NCBI GenBank assembly: GCA_951406725.2
Contig: OX597834.1
Coordinates: forward strand, 46,500,001 to 46,564,000
DNA length: 64,000 bases
Reading direction: 5' to 3'
Source of the DNA: Octopus vulgaris
Lineage: Eukaryota
Shown piece after piece: positions 13,172 through 25,947 of the stretch; the stretch's first letter is position 1; each line of letters starts with the position of its first letter. Under the pieces are notes generated by a model, which saw only the letters and a program-made list of their open reading frames with translations, was not told the origin of the DNA and made no database searches. Position numbers and translations under genes: made by a program.

Positions 13172-13835
13172 CAATTACACACATATATACAAGTGTGTGT
13201 GTTTGTAATTGTAATCTACATCGAAATTTTCATTCTGCCCCAACATTACCTGTATCACCACCACCACCGCCACCTCCATTACTAACTCCCCTAAAACCAC
13301 CACCACCACCACCACCACCGCCACCTACATGACTACCTCCCCTACCACCACCACCAACACCACCACCACCACCACATCAACATTACTAGAATCCCACGTC
13401 TCACCTGAGTCACAAACCTTGCTGCTGTGTTATCGCCAAAACATGTGCAAAGCAAGATGTTAACCTTAACATCATTGTTGCCGCCACCCCCACCACTACC
13501 ACCCCCACCGCCCCCCACTACCACCGCCACCCCTCCCCCACTTCCATCATCTGAGGTCGCCAACATCAAAACTACCAATTTATAACTTCCACTACCACCC
13601 CAACAGCAACAGCAACGCCGACGCCACCACTACAACTGCCAACACCGGTAAATACAGTCCCCATCACCCAACATGCCATCAACACTACCACCGAAGCCAA
13701 CACTGCCACCACCAAGTACACCACCACAACCGACGCGGGCACCAAAACTACCACCACGGTCACTACCGCCACCAATACTATTATGTTTCCCATCCACCAC
13801 ACTACACCCCCACTTTGACACCACCACTACACTGA

Positions 13836-13887
<52 letters not shown>

Positions 13888-14603
13888 TGGTTGTGTTGTG
13901 GTTTTTGTAAACAACCCTAAATAATAGAACTGTGTGTTGTATGTCTGTACGGTTCCTGTTTAGATGCGTCACACATATCTGGTGTCTCTTGATTGAGTTG
14001 TTCTAAAAATATATGACTATGTTTGAGTTAAATATTTTTCGTCGCCAATTTTGTTCATAATTCCTTAGCCTTTCATGTGTAATTAAGAATAATAAGGTCC
14101 CTAAATCTATAAAACTTTCTGGGCCTCATCTTCTGAAAGAAGAGGTCGTAGTGACCACTATTATAACCATGCTTATGCATTAGGCCGTAAAAGATCGTGG
14201 ACGTAAAACCGTAACTGATAAAATCATCATCGCCAGATGTAAATTGTTTAACTCTTATTAGTGATTTGTAGGGAGGTGGCATTTCGTTATGCAACCATGA
14301 TATACTACAGAGTATCTTAAACATTTTCATAAGTCAATATCGTGTTCTACTGTGTTAGCACTTTACATCACTCGTCAAGATTATCTCTACAGATATTATT
14401 CTTTTTTACTTGTTTCAATCATTTGACTGTGGCCATGCTCCAACACAGCCTTTAGTCGAGCAAATGGACCCCAGGACTTATTCTTTGTAAGCCTAGTACT
14501 TATTCTATCGCTCTATTTTGCCGAACCGCTAAGTTACGGGGACGTAAACACACCAGCATCGGTTGTCAAGCGATGTTGGGGGACGAACACGGACACACAA
14601 ACA

Positions 14604-14637
<34 letters not shown>

Positions 14638-14651
14638 ATACACACACACAC

Positions 14652-14699
<48 letters not shown>

Positions 14700-14720
14700 C
14701 ATATATATATATATATATAT

Positions 14721-15000
14721 ACAATCAAAATAAGCAACAAGAATAACTTCGGTAATTTGGTACGATCGTTTCACGCTACATCATTTTATTAAATGTTGCA
14801 AGTATTACAACAGTTTTAAAATGTTGAGCAATCATCAGCCATTAATAGAAGTTTTCCATTAATACATAATTTTACCGAAGTTATTCTTGGTGCTTATTTT
14901 GATTATAATCACCCCATGGATTTATATGGATAACACTATACAAAATTCTGGTGCATCTAACTTAAGTACCATATTCATTTGAATCTAAATTTTTGCTGAA

Positions 15001-15002
<2 letters not shown>
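14721..15002. mobile_element. Penelope-like partly inverted element (family A) with hammerhead
   Basis: Internal inverted repeat 14723-14755/14872-14904; related copies at 22970-23100 and 27380-27610. Confidence 0.7.
14758..14841 (-). ncRNA. Type I hammerhead motif with long stem II insert
   Basis: TGG-CTGATGA-[about 60 nt]-GAAA-CGATCG-TA-CCA on the minus strand. Confidence 0.55.
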
Positions 15003-15039
<37 letters not shown>

Positions 15040-15487
15040 GACAGGCTTCTTTCAGTTTCCGTCTACCAAATCCCCTCACAAGGCTTTGGTCGACCCGAGG
15101 CGATAGTAGAAGACACTTGCCCAAGGGGCCACGCAGTGGGACTGAACCCAGAACCATATGGTTGGTAAGCGAGCTAGTTACCACATAGCCACTCCTAGAA
15201 ATTATAACCAGCACTGATTTTTGTTACGACATTTTGTATTCGAGAGGTCAGATGTAAACAAACAATGAGATCGAAGAGGAAAAAAGAGTAATGAGCGTAT
15301 ACGCCATATTTCGGGAGTTTTTGGCCCTTCATCAGAAGCCATCTAATCCCTTAATCATCCGCGAACACACGGCTTAGCCACTAAATACAGCGGTGTAACC
15401 TTATTGGATATAGTTTCCAGGAATGTGTTTAATATGTAAAACTGGTATATCCAATAGCATTTATTTATCCCCACATATCCCCACATG

Positions 15488-15905
15488 TAGGTTGTGGGTA
15501 GCGATTTTCTTCACTACTTCAGGGAGTGACGACCCTGCCTGACACGAGTCCTGGGCTCAGCTGGCTCCGGCTGACAGTACCCGGTATGGGCCCCTATCCA
15601 GGGTTACGGAACGGAGACAACCTTCAAGGAAATCCGGAGTGGTGCCCTGTAGGCGGGTTAGTGTTCGACTCCACACTCCTCCGGCAGCTCCTGCAACCAA
15701 GCTGGTGCCAAGCGCAATGCTCTGCACTCCTTCGGACTACATCAGCAAGGTCGAGAGAGGAATCCTGACGATTGGGCTACCCAGGATTTTCTTACATCTA
15801 GCCCAGGCCTGCGCAAAGCTGGAGAGGACATGAAATGTAAAAACCAGACTGGATTAGTTTATGCGCAACTCCATTGTCTCCCGAGGCAAAAGGATGCCAA
15901 CAACA
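15488..15905 (+). mobile_element. Non-autonomous RTE-like short retroelement with 11-bp TSD
   Basis: TSD ATCCCCACATG at 15477-15487 and 15906-15916; 3' end CCATTGTCTCCCGAGGCAAAAGGATGCCAACAACA resembles RTE 3' termini (from recall); higher GC than the flanks. Confidence 0.65.
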
Positions 15906-16308
15906 ATCCCCACATGAACGTGGATGATTTATCTACGACGGAGGCAGTATGAATGCTGAGATGCATTAATACTGCTCCTGTCGCTAAAATATTTTCTTTT
16001 AACAAACAATGCTGCCGTTGGGTAGGGTGGACAAACGAAGATGTTTGATCGATTATTTTATACTTTTCCTTCTTTCCTTGCTTTTCTCACTTAGTTTTGT
16101 CGAAAAACCAAACTTCCGGTTTCTTGAAGTCATTAATCCTTAAATCCACCAGAAATAAATCGACATTGTGGATTGTTCGTTTTCCTTTTTGTAAATATAG
16201 TGCGCCTGTGTGCTTGCAAGAATGTGTGCGTGTGTGTACGAGTGTAGTTGTGTGCGCGCGCAAAATCGTCCATTTGTGTGTGTTTATCGACGTCTGAGTT
16301 TATGTATG

Positions 16309-16341
<33 letters not shown>

Positions 16342-16804
16342 ATGTGTGTGCGCGTGTATATATATATGTGTATATGTGTTTGTATTTATGGATGTGTGTG
16401 TGTTTGTGCGTCTGTGTAACTCTAAGCATGAAGAGGCGGACGAAGAGGAGGACAACGACGACGTGGAGGAGTGAGTGAGGCTACCCCTGACCTTGGCAAA
16501 AGCCCTCACCAGACAAGTGAGATCGATAGAGTTGAAATTCAGTTTCGAAAATTTTATAGAGAAGTTCATGGGAGGAAGGACTGACGGAAGAAAATCTGCT
16601 TTGTGAAGATGGTGATATGAGGAAGGGGAAGAGGTTATTCAAGTGACTGTTGTTGTTGTTGTTGCTGCTGCTGTCGTTACTATTGAAGTTTAGCGCAAGG
16701 TCAGCTCTCATCGAGATCTATGATCACAGGTATTCCAAACATGACTCTCCCTACATACTCCCATGTGCGAGGAAACCTGCTCTGAATACTTGCAATAAAG
16801 TGGT

Positions 16805-17125
16805 CCCTGTCGGTTATGTCGACGACGAGGGTTCCACTAGATCCGATCACCGAAACAGCCTGCTCCCCAAACTAGCGTACAAGTGGCCGAGTACTCTGCA
16901 GACACGCATACCCTTCATGTGGTTCCCATGGAGACTCAACGTGACATAGACTGCGACAAGGCTGGTCCACTGAAATACAAGTACGACTCATATTTGAAAG
17001 CTGAGTGGACTGGAGCGATGTGAAATGAAGTGTCTTGCTCAAGGATACGATGCAATGCTGACTATCGAACTCATAACCTTACGATCGTAAGCCAGATGCC
17101 CCTAACCAATAAGCCACGGACCTTC
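16805..17125 (-). mobile_element. SINE family B2, diverged
   Basis: Reverse-complement similarity to 54742-55052. Confidence 0.7.
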
Positions 17126-17204
17126 ACGAATGCTTGCAACAGAGTAGACTCCGTTAAAGGTATCGAAGCTGTTAGGTGGTGAGGGTGGTGGTGATTTTTT
17201 AACG

Positions 17205-17486
17205 AAATACTATGTTACGGGGATGGAAACAAACCAACACTGGTTGTTATGCGATGGTGGAGAACAAACACAAAGACAAACACGTAGGTATATACATACA
17301 CACACACACACACATATACATACATACATACATACAAAAATTGATATAAGAGACGTTTTTTCAGTTTCCTTCTACCAGATCTACTAATGAGATTTCGGTC
17401 AGTCCGGAACTATAGTAAAAGACACTTGCCCAAGGTGCCATAGAGTGGAACTGAACTCGGAATCATGCAGACTTCTTACCACACCT
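17205..17486 (-). mobile_element. SINE family A, diverged
   Basis: GACACTTGCCCAAGGTGCCA and TTCAGTTTCC motifs. Confidence 0.6.
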
Positions 17487-17604
17487 CCATACGAATAAAT
17501 AAATAAACACACACACATACATATATATATATATATGTATATATATGTATATATATATTGAGTACCTTATTTACTGTGGTTAACCCCGACTCAACCCGGG
17601 ACCT

Positions 17605-17863
<259 letters not shown>

Positions 17864-18528
17864 TGGTGGTGGTGATGCTGATGACCTTTCCGGACTGTCC
17901 AGGAGAAGAAATTCCTTAAAAGATCGTTTGTGTAGAAGTTGTGTTTCTGGTTCTTTGGAACAGCTGAATACCAAAACAACCGGCCTCATTGAGCAAACGT
18001 CGTCTTTTGGTACTTAATTGTGCATCACGTGGTTAGCTTTTCACAGATTTGAGCAGATTACAATTGACGTAATTATAGATCATCATTAAGAGGTCCGCAT
18101 TGCAGCAGGCTGGCTGACCGGCTGGCAGGTGGAACATATACACACACACTCGCACGTACGTAGTCGCACACGTACATATACAAAGAGTGACACGCATATA
18201 CACCCACTCAGCAACACAATGGCCCTCGGCTCCTCATTGTCTCGCATTGATAACGTGTGATGTTAGCAAGTATGAATGCAGATCAACAGGCGCGTACGCC
18301 AGACTGCATATATGTGTGTAAATGTGTTTGCATGTATATATGTGTGTGTGTGTGAAGGTATTATATACATACATACACACACACATACATATATAAATAT
18401 ATATGTGTGTATATATATATATACACACACATATATATTCATACATGTGCACAGACAACACCCACCCACACCAGACACAGCCTCACACACACGTAACATA
18501 CACACACACACATACACACACACACACA

Positions 18529-18579
<51 letters not shown>

Positions 18580-19279
18580 TATACCGACAAACATATGTAT
18601 ACACACACGCACACACATCACACACACACAACATACATACTCGCGTGAAATACACATATACTCATACGCGCAAACACACACACGCACACACATCACTCAC
18701 GCTCAATACACACACACACATAATACACACACCCATAATACACGCACACATAATACACACACACACACACTCGCGCATACGATACACACAGCGCCCCGGG
18801 GCAAGGCATGTATTGTTAGTGTGAATGAAGAAGAGCGTATTATTTTTCATTTATTTATTTATCTACTATTTTAAATTATTCCTTTTTGAAATTTTGCGGC
18901 CCTTCCCAAGTCAAACGCTTCTGTGACATGACCCACACCACATGCAGAAACATACAGTTGTGTAAATGAATCGATGACCAAAAACAGGCAAACAGTCACA
19001 CCCATTCATAGTCATATATAAATTTCTTAATTACAAATACTCAACTCTGCTCACGGGAAACCAATGAGCACGTTTGAAATAAATTCTAAGAAATTATAAA
19101 GATTTCGAAACTACGTGCCTGTGGAATCTTGTATCCCTGCTGTAAGGCTTTACTTCCACACGCCAGCTTAATTTAATTCGTCCTTAGTCGAAAGACACCT
19201 ATTGTTATGTCCAGTTATTTGTATTTGTGAAACGTTTCTCCGTTTTTTTCCCATCCTTGTTTTCGTATACATTCGTTGC

Positions 19280-19472
19280 TTTCTTCTAATGAATCTAATG
19301 CCCTTAGCTTAGTTTTTCCTTGAGGCTGGCCAGATCGGCGCAATCTCGAGTATAACCAGCCGAAATTGCAAAGATATTCAGGAACTCGACTGAGGAAAGA
19401 AAACTCCGAATAATCCGTCCTTGTTTTCTTTGTATCGTCTATCTGGATGTTTTGTGTTCTTGTCCCATTTTG

Positions 19473-19476
<4 letters not shown>
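19280..19476 (+). mobile_element. Family D repeat copy
   Basis: CAGCCGAAATTGC...CTCGACTGAGGA...GGATGTTTTG.GTTCTTGTCCC then (TA)n. Confidence 0.55.
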
Positions 19477-19524
<48 letters not shown>

Positions 19525-19544
19525 GTATGTAAAGTGTAAAAGGG

Positions 19545-19790
19545 GGTAAAGGCCCACTTCGGTCATGAAGGACCATGGGAAAATTCCACTCCGAGGCACA
19601 AGTCCGTGAAAGGCAAAGGGGCCGATACAGCTTGGCACCAGTGACATCGCAACTCATTTCTACAGCTGAATGAATTGGAGCAATGTGAAGTAAAGTGTCT
19701 TCCTCAAGAACACAACACACATCCCGGTCTGGGAATCGAACTCACTACCTCATGATTGTGCGCCTGTCGCTCTAACTACTGAGCCATATG
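19545..19790 (-). mobile_element. SINE family B1 with internal deletion
   Basis: Matches 12517-12855 except for the central segment. Confidence 0.75.
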
Positions 19791-19941
19791 CACACACACA
19801 AACACATACATACATGCATACATACATTAATTTAATACACAACCGAAAGAGCTACGAATAGTTTCATGCTTTTATGATACTTTAACTGGACATATTGATA
19901 AAATACACGATCTCCAACCAGTCTTTCAGACACTGTTTCTT

Positions 19942-20015
<74 letters not shown>

Positions 20016-20687
20016 CACACACACACACATATATTGAATCGCTTCCTAGATTCTTAGCCAAGATTGAAAACCTAGCCTAGATTCTTCTACGAGTTCTTTC
20101 CCGTTGCTCTCAGTATTAGCACTTAGAAGTGAATGAGAATCAACTGTTAAACTGTGTCCATTTCAAGTCAAACTTAGGTCAAGATAGATGATAGACGAGA
20201 AAATCCTTTGTTTTTCATGACCTAATTTAGTTAGGAAAATGTATAAATGCAGTACCCAAACGCAATTCTACCTCTTTCGCTTGGCACTTCATGTATAACT
20301 CGTCACTGCACGACTATACGACTTTCACTCCTTCTACTTGTCTAAATTCTTTTACACTTTCCCTTTCCTTCCCCCCCCCCCACACTTCTTCCTGATTTCT
20401 CTCAGAAGCAGAAAAATAGAGAAAGAATGACAATGATCTACCCCAGTATATGACTGGAGTTCTCTACATCTCGAGCAAAGTTGACCTCAGCAGGATTTGA
20501 ACTAAGAATGTAGGCGTAGAAACTCGGATTTAGTACTGCACAGCCATCTGTTCGACGCGCCAACGACTCTGATACATACATAATGTACTTTAAAGTCAGA
20601 TAAAATGTTAGATTTTCCTTGAAGTACTTTACAACAGCATCACAACACAAAATGATAAATGCATTAAAAACAGCAACAACAACAGCA

Positions 20688-20742
<55 letters not shown>

Positions 20743-20774
20743 TTATGATTTCAAAGCGAACTTGGGGGAGGGGA

Positions 20775-20935
20775 TTAAGTCGATTACATCGACCCCAGTG
20801 CGTAACTGGTACTTATTTAATCGACCCCGAAAGGATGAAAGGCAAAGTCAACCTCGGCGGAACTTGAACTCAGAACGTAGCGGCAGACGAAATAATTCTA
20901 AGCATTTCGCCCGGGTTCTGCCAGCTGGCCGCTTT
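20775..20935 (-). mobile_element. SINE family C
   Basis: TCGACCCCGAAAGGATGAAAGGCAAAGTC...GAACTCAGAACG. Confidence 0.8.
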
Positions 20936-20951
20936 AACAACAACAACAATG

Positions 20952-20999
<48 letters not shown>

Positions 21000-21000
21000 T

Positions 21001-21062
<62 letters not shown>

Positions 21063-21074
21063 TGATGATGAGGA

Positions 21075-21400
21075 TTTCCTTTATTTGCCACAAGGGCGAA
21101 GGATGGGGGGAACAATACAAAGACAGACATAAAGTGTGGGTGTTTGTATATAATGAAATGATTAAAAAAATAAAAAATAAAGTATACACGATATACAATG
21201 GAAAAGAAGAGACATAGGCAAAGCATACAAAGGTAAACAAAAAGACAAAAGGAAGGGGCTTGAGAGAAATGTGGGCCTGTTGATACAGGAACGCCCCTAG
21301 GGATAATCGAGGAACCCCACTGTCCGAGATTTTCCTGAAACCCCAAGAGCAAGTGCCCTCTCCAATTCCTTCTCTCCAACGCACAACCTTTGCTCTTTTC
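21075..21400 (-). mobile_element. Probable Tx1/L1-type LINE 3' UTR fragment
   Basis: Ends in CCCTTGTGGCAAATAAAGGAA, similar to the 3' end of the LINE at 34176-35560. Confidence 0.45.
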
Positions 21401-21623
21401 CTAAACGTATATCATTTTGCGTGTGTAAGTGCGTCTGTATTTCTATTTGCATGCGTTTGTGCGCGCGCGAGTTCGTACGTGTGCGTGTATGTATGAGTGT
21501 GCGTAATACATCAAAAGTTCGGGATTAACCCCCCCCCCCCCCACTGCCAACATAATTACCTCGTCCCGCCTACGTATTTCCTGTCACCCAGACGTGGCGA
21601 TGGAGACACCTGGACACAAAATA

Positions 21624-21657
<34 letters not shown>

Positions 21658-21904
21658 GATCTATTATTATCGACCTGTTTCTGTAAGCGCCATGTCACAA
21701 GCAATGATTTAGCATACGGCTAATCCTTTGTTGACCCCTGCCAGGTGTTGACCCCTGCCAGGTGTCATTTTATTGTTATGCCTAATATCTTCACATCTAC
21801 CGCCAATGTTACATCTTGTTATTCTTCACACATTTTCAATATGCACAGGAATATTTGTTTCCCTGGCCTTGAGATCGATTTCACGGCTCAGCAATTTAGG
21901 CCAG

Positions 21905-22335
21905 GGCGCAGGCATGGCCGTGCGACCAAGAGGGACGCTTTGCGACCACGTTGTGTCGAGTTCAATCCCTTGGGCAAATGTCTTCCACTATAGCCCCGGG
22001 ATCGACCAATGCCTTGTGAGTGAATTGAGTGGACAGAAACTGTGTGGAAGCCCTATATAAGTATGTGTATGTGCGCGTGTGAATGTGTTTATGTGTGCGT
22101 GTGTGTATCTCTGTGTGTCATTGTGCTTATGCGTGTCTCGCTTCACCGCTTAACATCCGGTGTTGGTTTGTTTAGGTCCCCGTAAGCTAGCGGTTCGGCA
22201 AAAGACAACGATAGAATAAGTACCAAACATTTTTGTTTTTGTTTCTTTTTTAAAATAATTACTGGGGTCGATCTGTTTGACAAAAGTCCTTCAAGGTGGC
22301 GTCCCAGAATGGTCATAACCCAATGACTCAAGCAG
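21905..22335 (+). mobile_element. SINE family A, diverged
   Basis: GGCGCAGGCATGGC head, CCTTGGGCAAATGTCTT, CCCCGTAAGCTAGCGGTTCGGCAAAAGA. Confidence 0.7.
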
Positions 22336-23001
22336 AAGATAGATACCAAAGCCTCGGAAAAATCAAAGTCCTTGTGATTTTGAAAATGAAAACTGTGCGG
22401 AAGCCTGTCTTAATGATCGTTCCTGTTGTTGAGTTTCAATAACAGTACCACTCCACCCTGAGGGTGCAATCAGCAGAATACACTCTGTTGCATGTATTCG
22501 GAGCGATCCATCAACAAAGCTACTTAAATTGACGTGTAACTGGTTGGGTATTCCACAGACACATGTACCCTCAACGTGATTCTGAGGTAGTATCACTGCT
22601 ACACAGTGTACATGACAAGAGGGCTGTACTTTTTTGAATTACAGGTACAATCCACCAGACAGGCTTCAGTATATTTCCCATCAATCCAATTTCACCCAGA
22701 AGGCGGAGGTTAACTCGAGTTTACAGGAAAACGACGTTCCTAGCACAAGATTTCGTGCAGCGAAATCGAAATCAAGACCTTCTGATTGCGATGCAAATTC
22801 GTTAACCGTTAGACCGTATGTGTGTGTGTGTGTGATTAATGTTATACATGTTCTGATTTATAGTTTTATGTATGCTTTCGAAAAAGAATACACACGAATA
22901 TATACATACATATGTATACGTAAATACGTATGATTGTACACACACACACACATTCATATATATATATATATCAAAATAAGCAATAAGGATATCCAGAGGT
23001 A

Positions 23002-23091
23002 ATGCAGTACGATCGTTTCATGCGACTCCATTTAATTGAACAATGCAAATATTACATCAGTTTTAAAATGTAGAGTAATCTTCAGCTGCAT
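23002..23091 (-). ncRNA. Type I hammerhead motif (family A), best stem I
   Basis: ATGCAG-CTGAAGA-[long stem II]-GAAA-CGATCG-TA-CTGCAT: perfect 6-bp stem I and GUA cleavage triplet. Confidence 0.65.
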
Positions 23092-23169
23092 AAAAATATA
23101 GAATTTAGTTAAATTCAAAGGATTTATTTGTATAGTTTTTCTAATAACCATAATCACAGAGAGGATAAG

Positions 23170-23232
<63 letters not shown>

Positions 23233-23233
<1 letters not shown>

Positions 23234-23786
23234 GAGGGTGAGTCAAAAAGTAATGCCATTTTGTTTAGGACAGGTATAATTACCAACACAGGAACATGTA
23301 TCATACATCAAAATGAAGCTGGTCCTCTGTGGATCACACCCCTACTTCTCAACATAGTCACTGTTTCTCTCAATAGTAATGTTCCACCTTCGAATGAGAG
23401 CATGTATCCCTGCCCCGTAAAATTCTGTTGACTGTTCTTTGAGCCACTAGTTTTCACTTCCTCGTCATTGGAATAATGTTTGCCTCTCAAACCCTCTTTC
23501 ATGGAGCCGAAGAGATGATTGACCAGTGACAATGATAGTCCAGTGACGAGGAAGTGAAAACTGTAGAGAAAAAGTGGCTCAAAGAACAGTCAACAGAATT
23601 TTCGGGGCAGGGATACATGCTCTCATTCGAAAGTGGAACATTGCTATTGAGAGAAACGGTGACTACGTTGAGAAGTAGGGATGTAATGCACAGAGGACCA
23701 GCTTCATTTTGATGTATGATACATGTTCCTCTGTTGGTAATTATACCTGTCCTAAACAAAATGGCATTACTTTTTGACTCACCCTC

Positions 23787-23787
<1 letters not shown>
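23233..23787. mobile_element. Palindromic mariner-derived MITE made of two transposon 3' ends
   Basis: Ends TACGAGGGTGAGTCAAAAAGTAATGCC and GGCATTACTTTTTGACTCACCCTCGTA; arms about 240 bp; encodes the mariner C-terminal remnant HLFGSMKEGLRGKHYSNDEEVK; inserted in (TA)n. Confidence 0.9.
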
Positions 23788-23823
<36 letters not shown>

Positions 23824-23825
<2 letters not shown>

Positions 23826-24240
23826 CGCATGCATAGTTGTGTGTTAAGAAGCTTGCTTCCGAACCACAAGGTTCCGGATTCAGTCCCAAAGCGTGGCATC
23901 TTGGTCAAGTGTCTTCTACTGTAGTCTCAGGCCGACCAGAACCTTGTGAGTGGATTTAGTAGATGGAAACTGAGAGAAGCTTGTCATGTATATATATATA
24001 TGTATATATCTACGTGTATATGTCTTTGTGTCTGTGTTTGTCCCTACCATCACCGCTTGACAACCGGTGTTGGTGTGTTTATGTCCCCGTAACGTAGTGG
24101 TCCGGCAAAACGGCTGCGATTGAATAAGTACTAGGCTTTAAAAAAAAAAGGTCCTTGGTTCGATTTGTTTGACTAAAACCCCTTCAAGGCGGTGCTCCAG
24201 CATGACTGCAGTCAAATGATTGAAACAAATAAAAGAATAA
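23824..24240 (+). mobile_element. SINE family A, full length
   Basis: Head, central microsatellite and tail GGCGGTGCTCCAGCATG all present. Confidence 0.85.
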
Positions 24241-24495
24241 GCTTAAAAGTGGTCGGAGACAAAGCATCGCATCAAAGAAGTTAGAACAACGCCATGCTTC
24301 CGGATCGAAACCAAAATGTGTGTCGGAGAGGGAGGGAGGGAGGTGGAGAGGGAGAGAGGGAGGGGGAGGGAGGGGGAGAGGGAGAGAAGGAGAATGGAAA
24401 AGAGAAAAAACTAGAACACACAGGAGCAAGCAGATCATCAAGGCCAATTGACTGCCTCCTTTGTCTTTCTTTTTTTCTCTCTTTTTTCTGTTGTC

Positions 24496-24553
<58 letters not shown>

Positions 24554-24873
24554 TTTTGGTTTTCGTAAAGGCCTGGCGTTGTTCTGAATTCCTTGATGTG
24601 ACCTTTTTTGCGCTTGCTATTCATTTATGTGGCCTGCGAGGTTTGATCATTTGCATGACGGGTAAAAAAAAAGTCTATACACAGAGCCTTGCCATAAATC
24701 GTTGTAATCACGGCGGGACACTGATGAGGTGATTGCATAATATCACTAATTATTATATAATTAATTCAGCGTTTTGAAGAAAATAGTGCATATAAAGCTA
24801 AAAAAACCGCACCTATTGCCTGCCTATTATTTGTTTCTACGATACATACATACTTGCATACATACATATATAT

Positions 24874-24914
<41 letters not shown>

Positions 24915-25112
24915 ACAGTGTACATTTAAACACATAAGAGGCATCCATCATAGGACTCCTTGCACGCTAGAGAGAACAGTTAAGTTTCAAACCACTGTAT
25001 TTATGTGAATAATATATAGTCTAGTAACTAAATTCTTTACACGCTAGGCCACTGGCAATGGAAATTTCAAATATTTCTGATTACCCTTTAATATTATTAA
25101 TATATTAATAGG

Positions 25113-25353
25113 AGAGACTTGCATGGTGTGGATGTGGGTTTCTTTAAAACTAAACTGGATCTCTTCTTGTCGGGGGTCCCAGATGAACCTACCTCACGAC
25201 AGGAGACTCAGATGCGGGCAGCGGCATTGAACTCCCTTGTTGACCAAGTGCCACGTATCAGAGGTGGATTCACATATTAGTGTAGCTCATTCAGCGGTGG
25301 TGCCCCCAGCATGGCCGCGGCCTTCGGGCTGAAACATTTTAAGGATTTAAGGA
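25113..25353 (+). mobile_element. CR1-group LINE 3' end, 5'-truncated
   Basis: Reads DLHGVDVGFFKTKLDLFLSGVPDEPTSRQETQMRAAALNSL, homologous to the 26937-27344 ORF, then a short 3' UTR. Confidence 0.8.
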
Positions 25354-25371
25354 TATATATATATACACACA

Positions 25372-25585
25372 GGATGTTCAAAAGGTCTTTCTGCAGTGAA
25401 TTTCATCCAAGATATATTTCAAAACATGTGTAGAAGAGTCAACTTAAGTATTTAAAATGAAGGAGGACACTTTCAACGTTTCTTATAAAGTAAAGTCTAA
25501 TATATTCTTTTGTAGTCTTATACCATCTTATAAATATTTCTTTTGCAATGAATACTTGCTGCGGAGAGATGTTTTGAACACACAC
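25372..25585. mobile_element. Putative small MITE
   Basis: Imperfect TIRs TGTTCAAAAGGTCTTTCTGCAG and CTGCGGAGAGATGTTTTGAACA; TA-rich flanks. Confidence 0.45.
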
Positions 25586-25842
25586 TATATATATATACGC
25601 TTTCTTACGAAGGAGGTCTAATGCACTTAGCTTAGACTTGGAGGGGGGGGGGCAACCAGATCGAACCTTCTCAAGTGTAACTGCCCGAAACTGTCGTGAC
25701 TTCTGGTACTCGACTGAGGAAAGAAGGCCACGAATGACCCGTCTTTTTTTTTTTGCTTGTCCTAATTGTTGTTTCTCTTGTCCGCTTTTGTATCGTCTAT
25801 CTGCCGGAATGTTTTATTGTCCTCTATTGCGTTTTTGTTCCA

Positions 25843-25947
<105 letters not shown>

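Larger units (their letters stand above)
14402..15196 (-). mobile_element. SINE family A split by an insertion in its internal (TA)n
   Basis: 3' half 14402-14600, 5' half 15038-15196, insertion at 14721-15002. Confidence 0.85.

Noticed and set aside
13255-13924. Pro/Thr-rich mucin- or extensin-like ORFs
   Set aside because: Degenerate (CAC/CAA/TAC)n low-complexity DNA with stops and no splice or codon support.
15301-15342. Hammerhead-like CTGATGA-AGGG..CCC-GAAA on the minus strand
   Set aside because: No convincing stem I and a G at the cleavage position; single copy.
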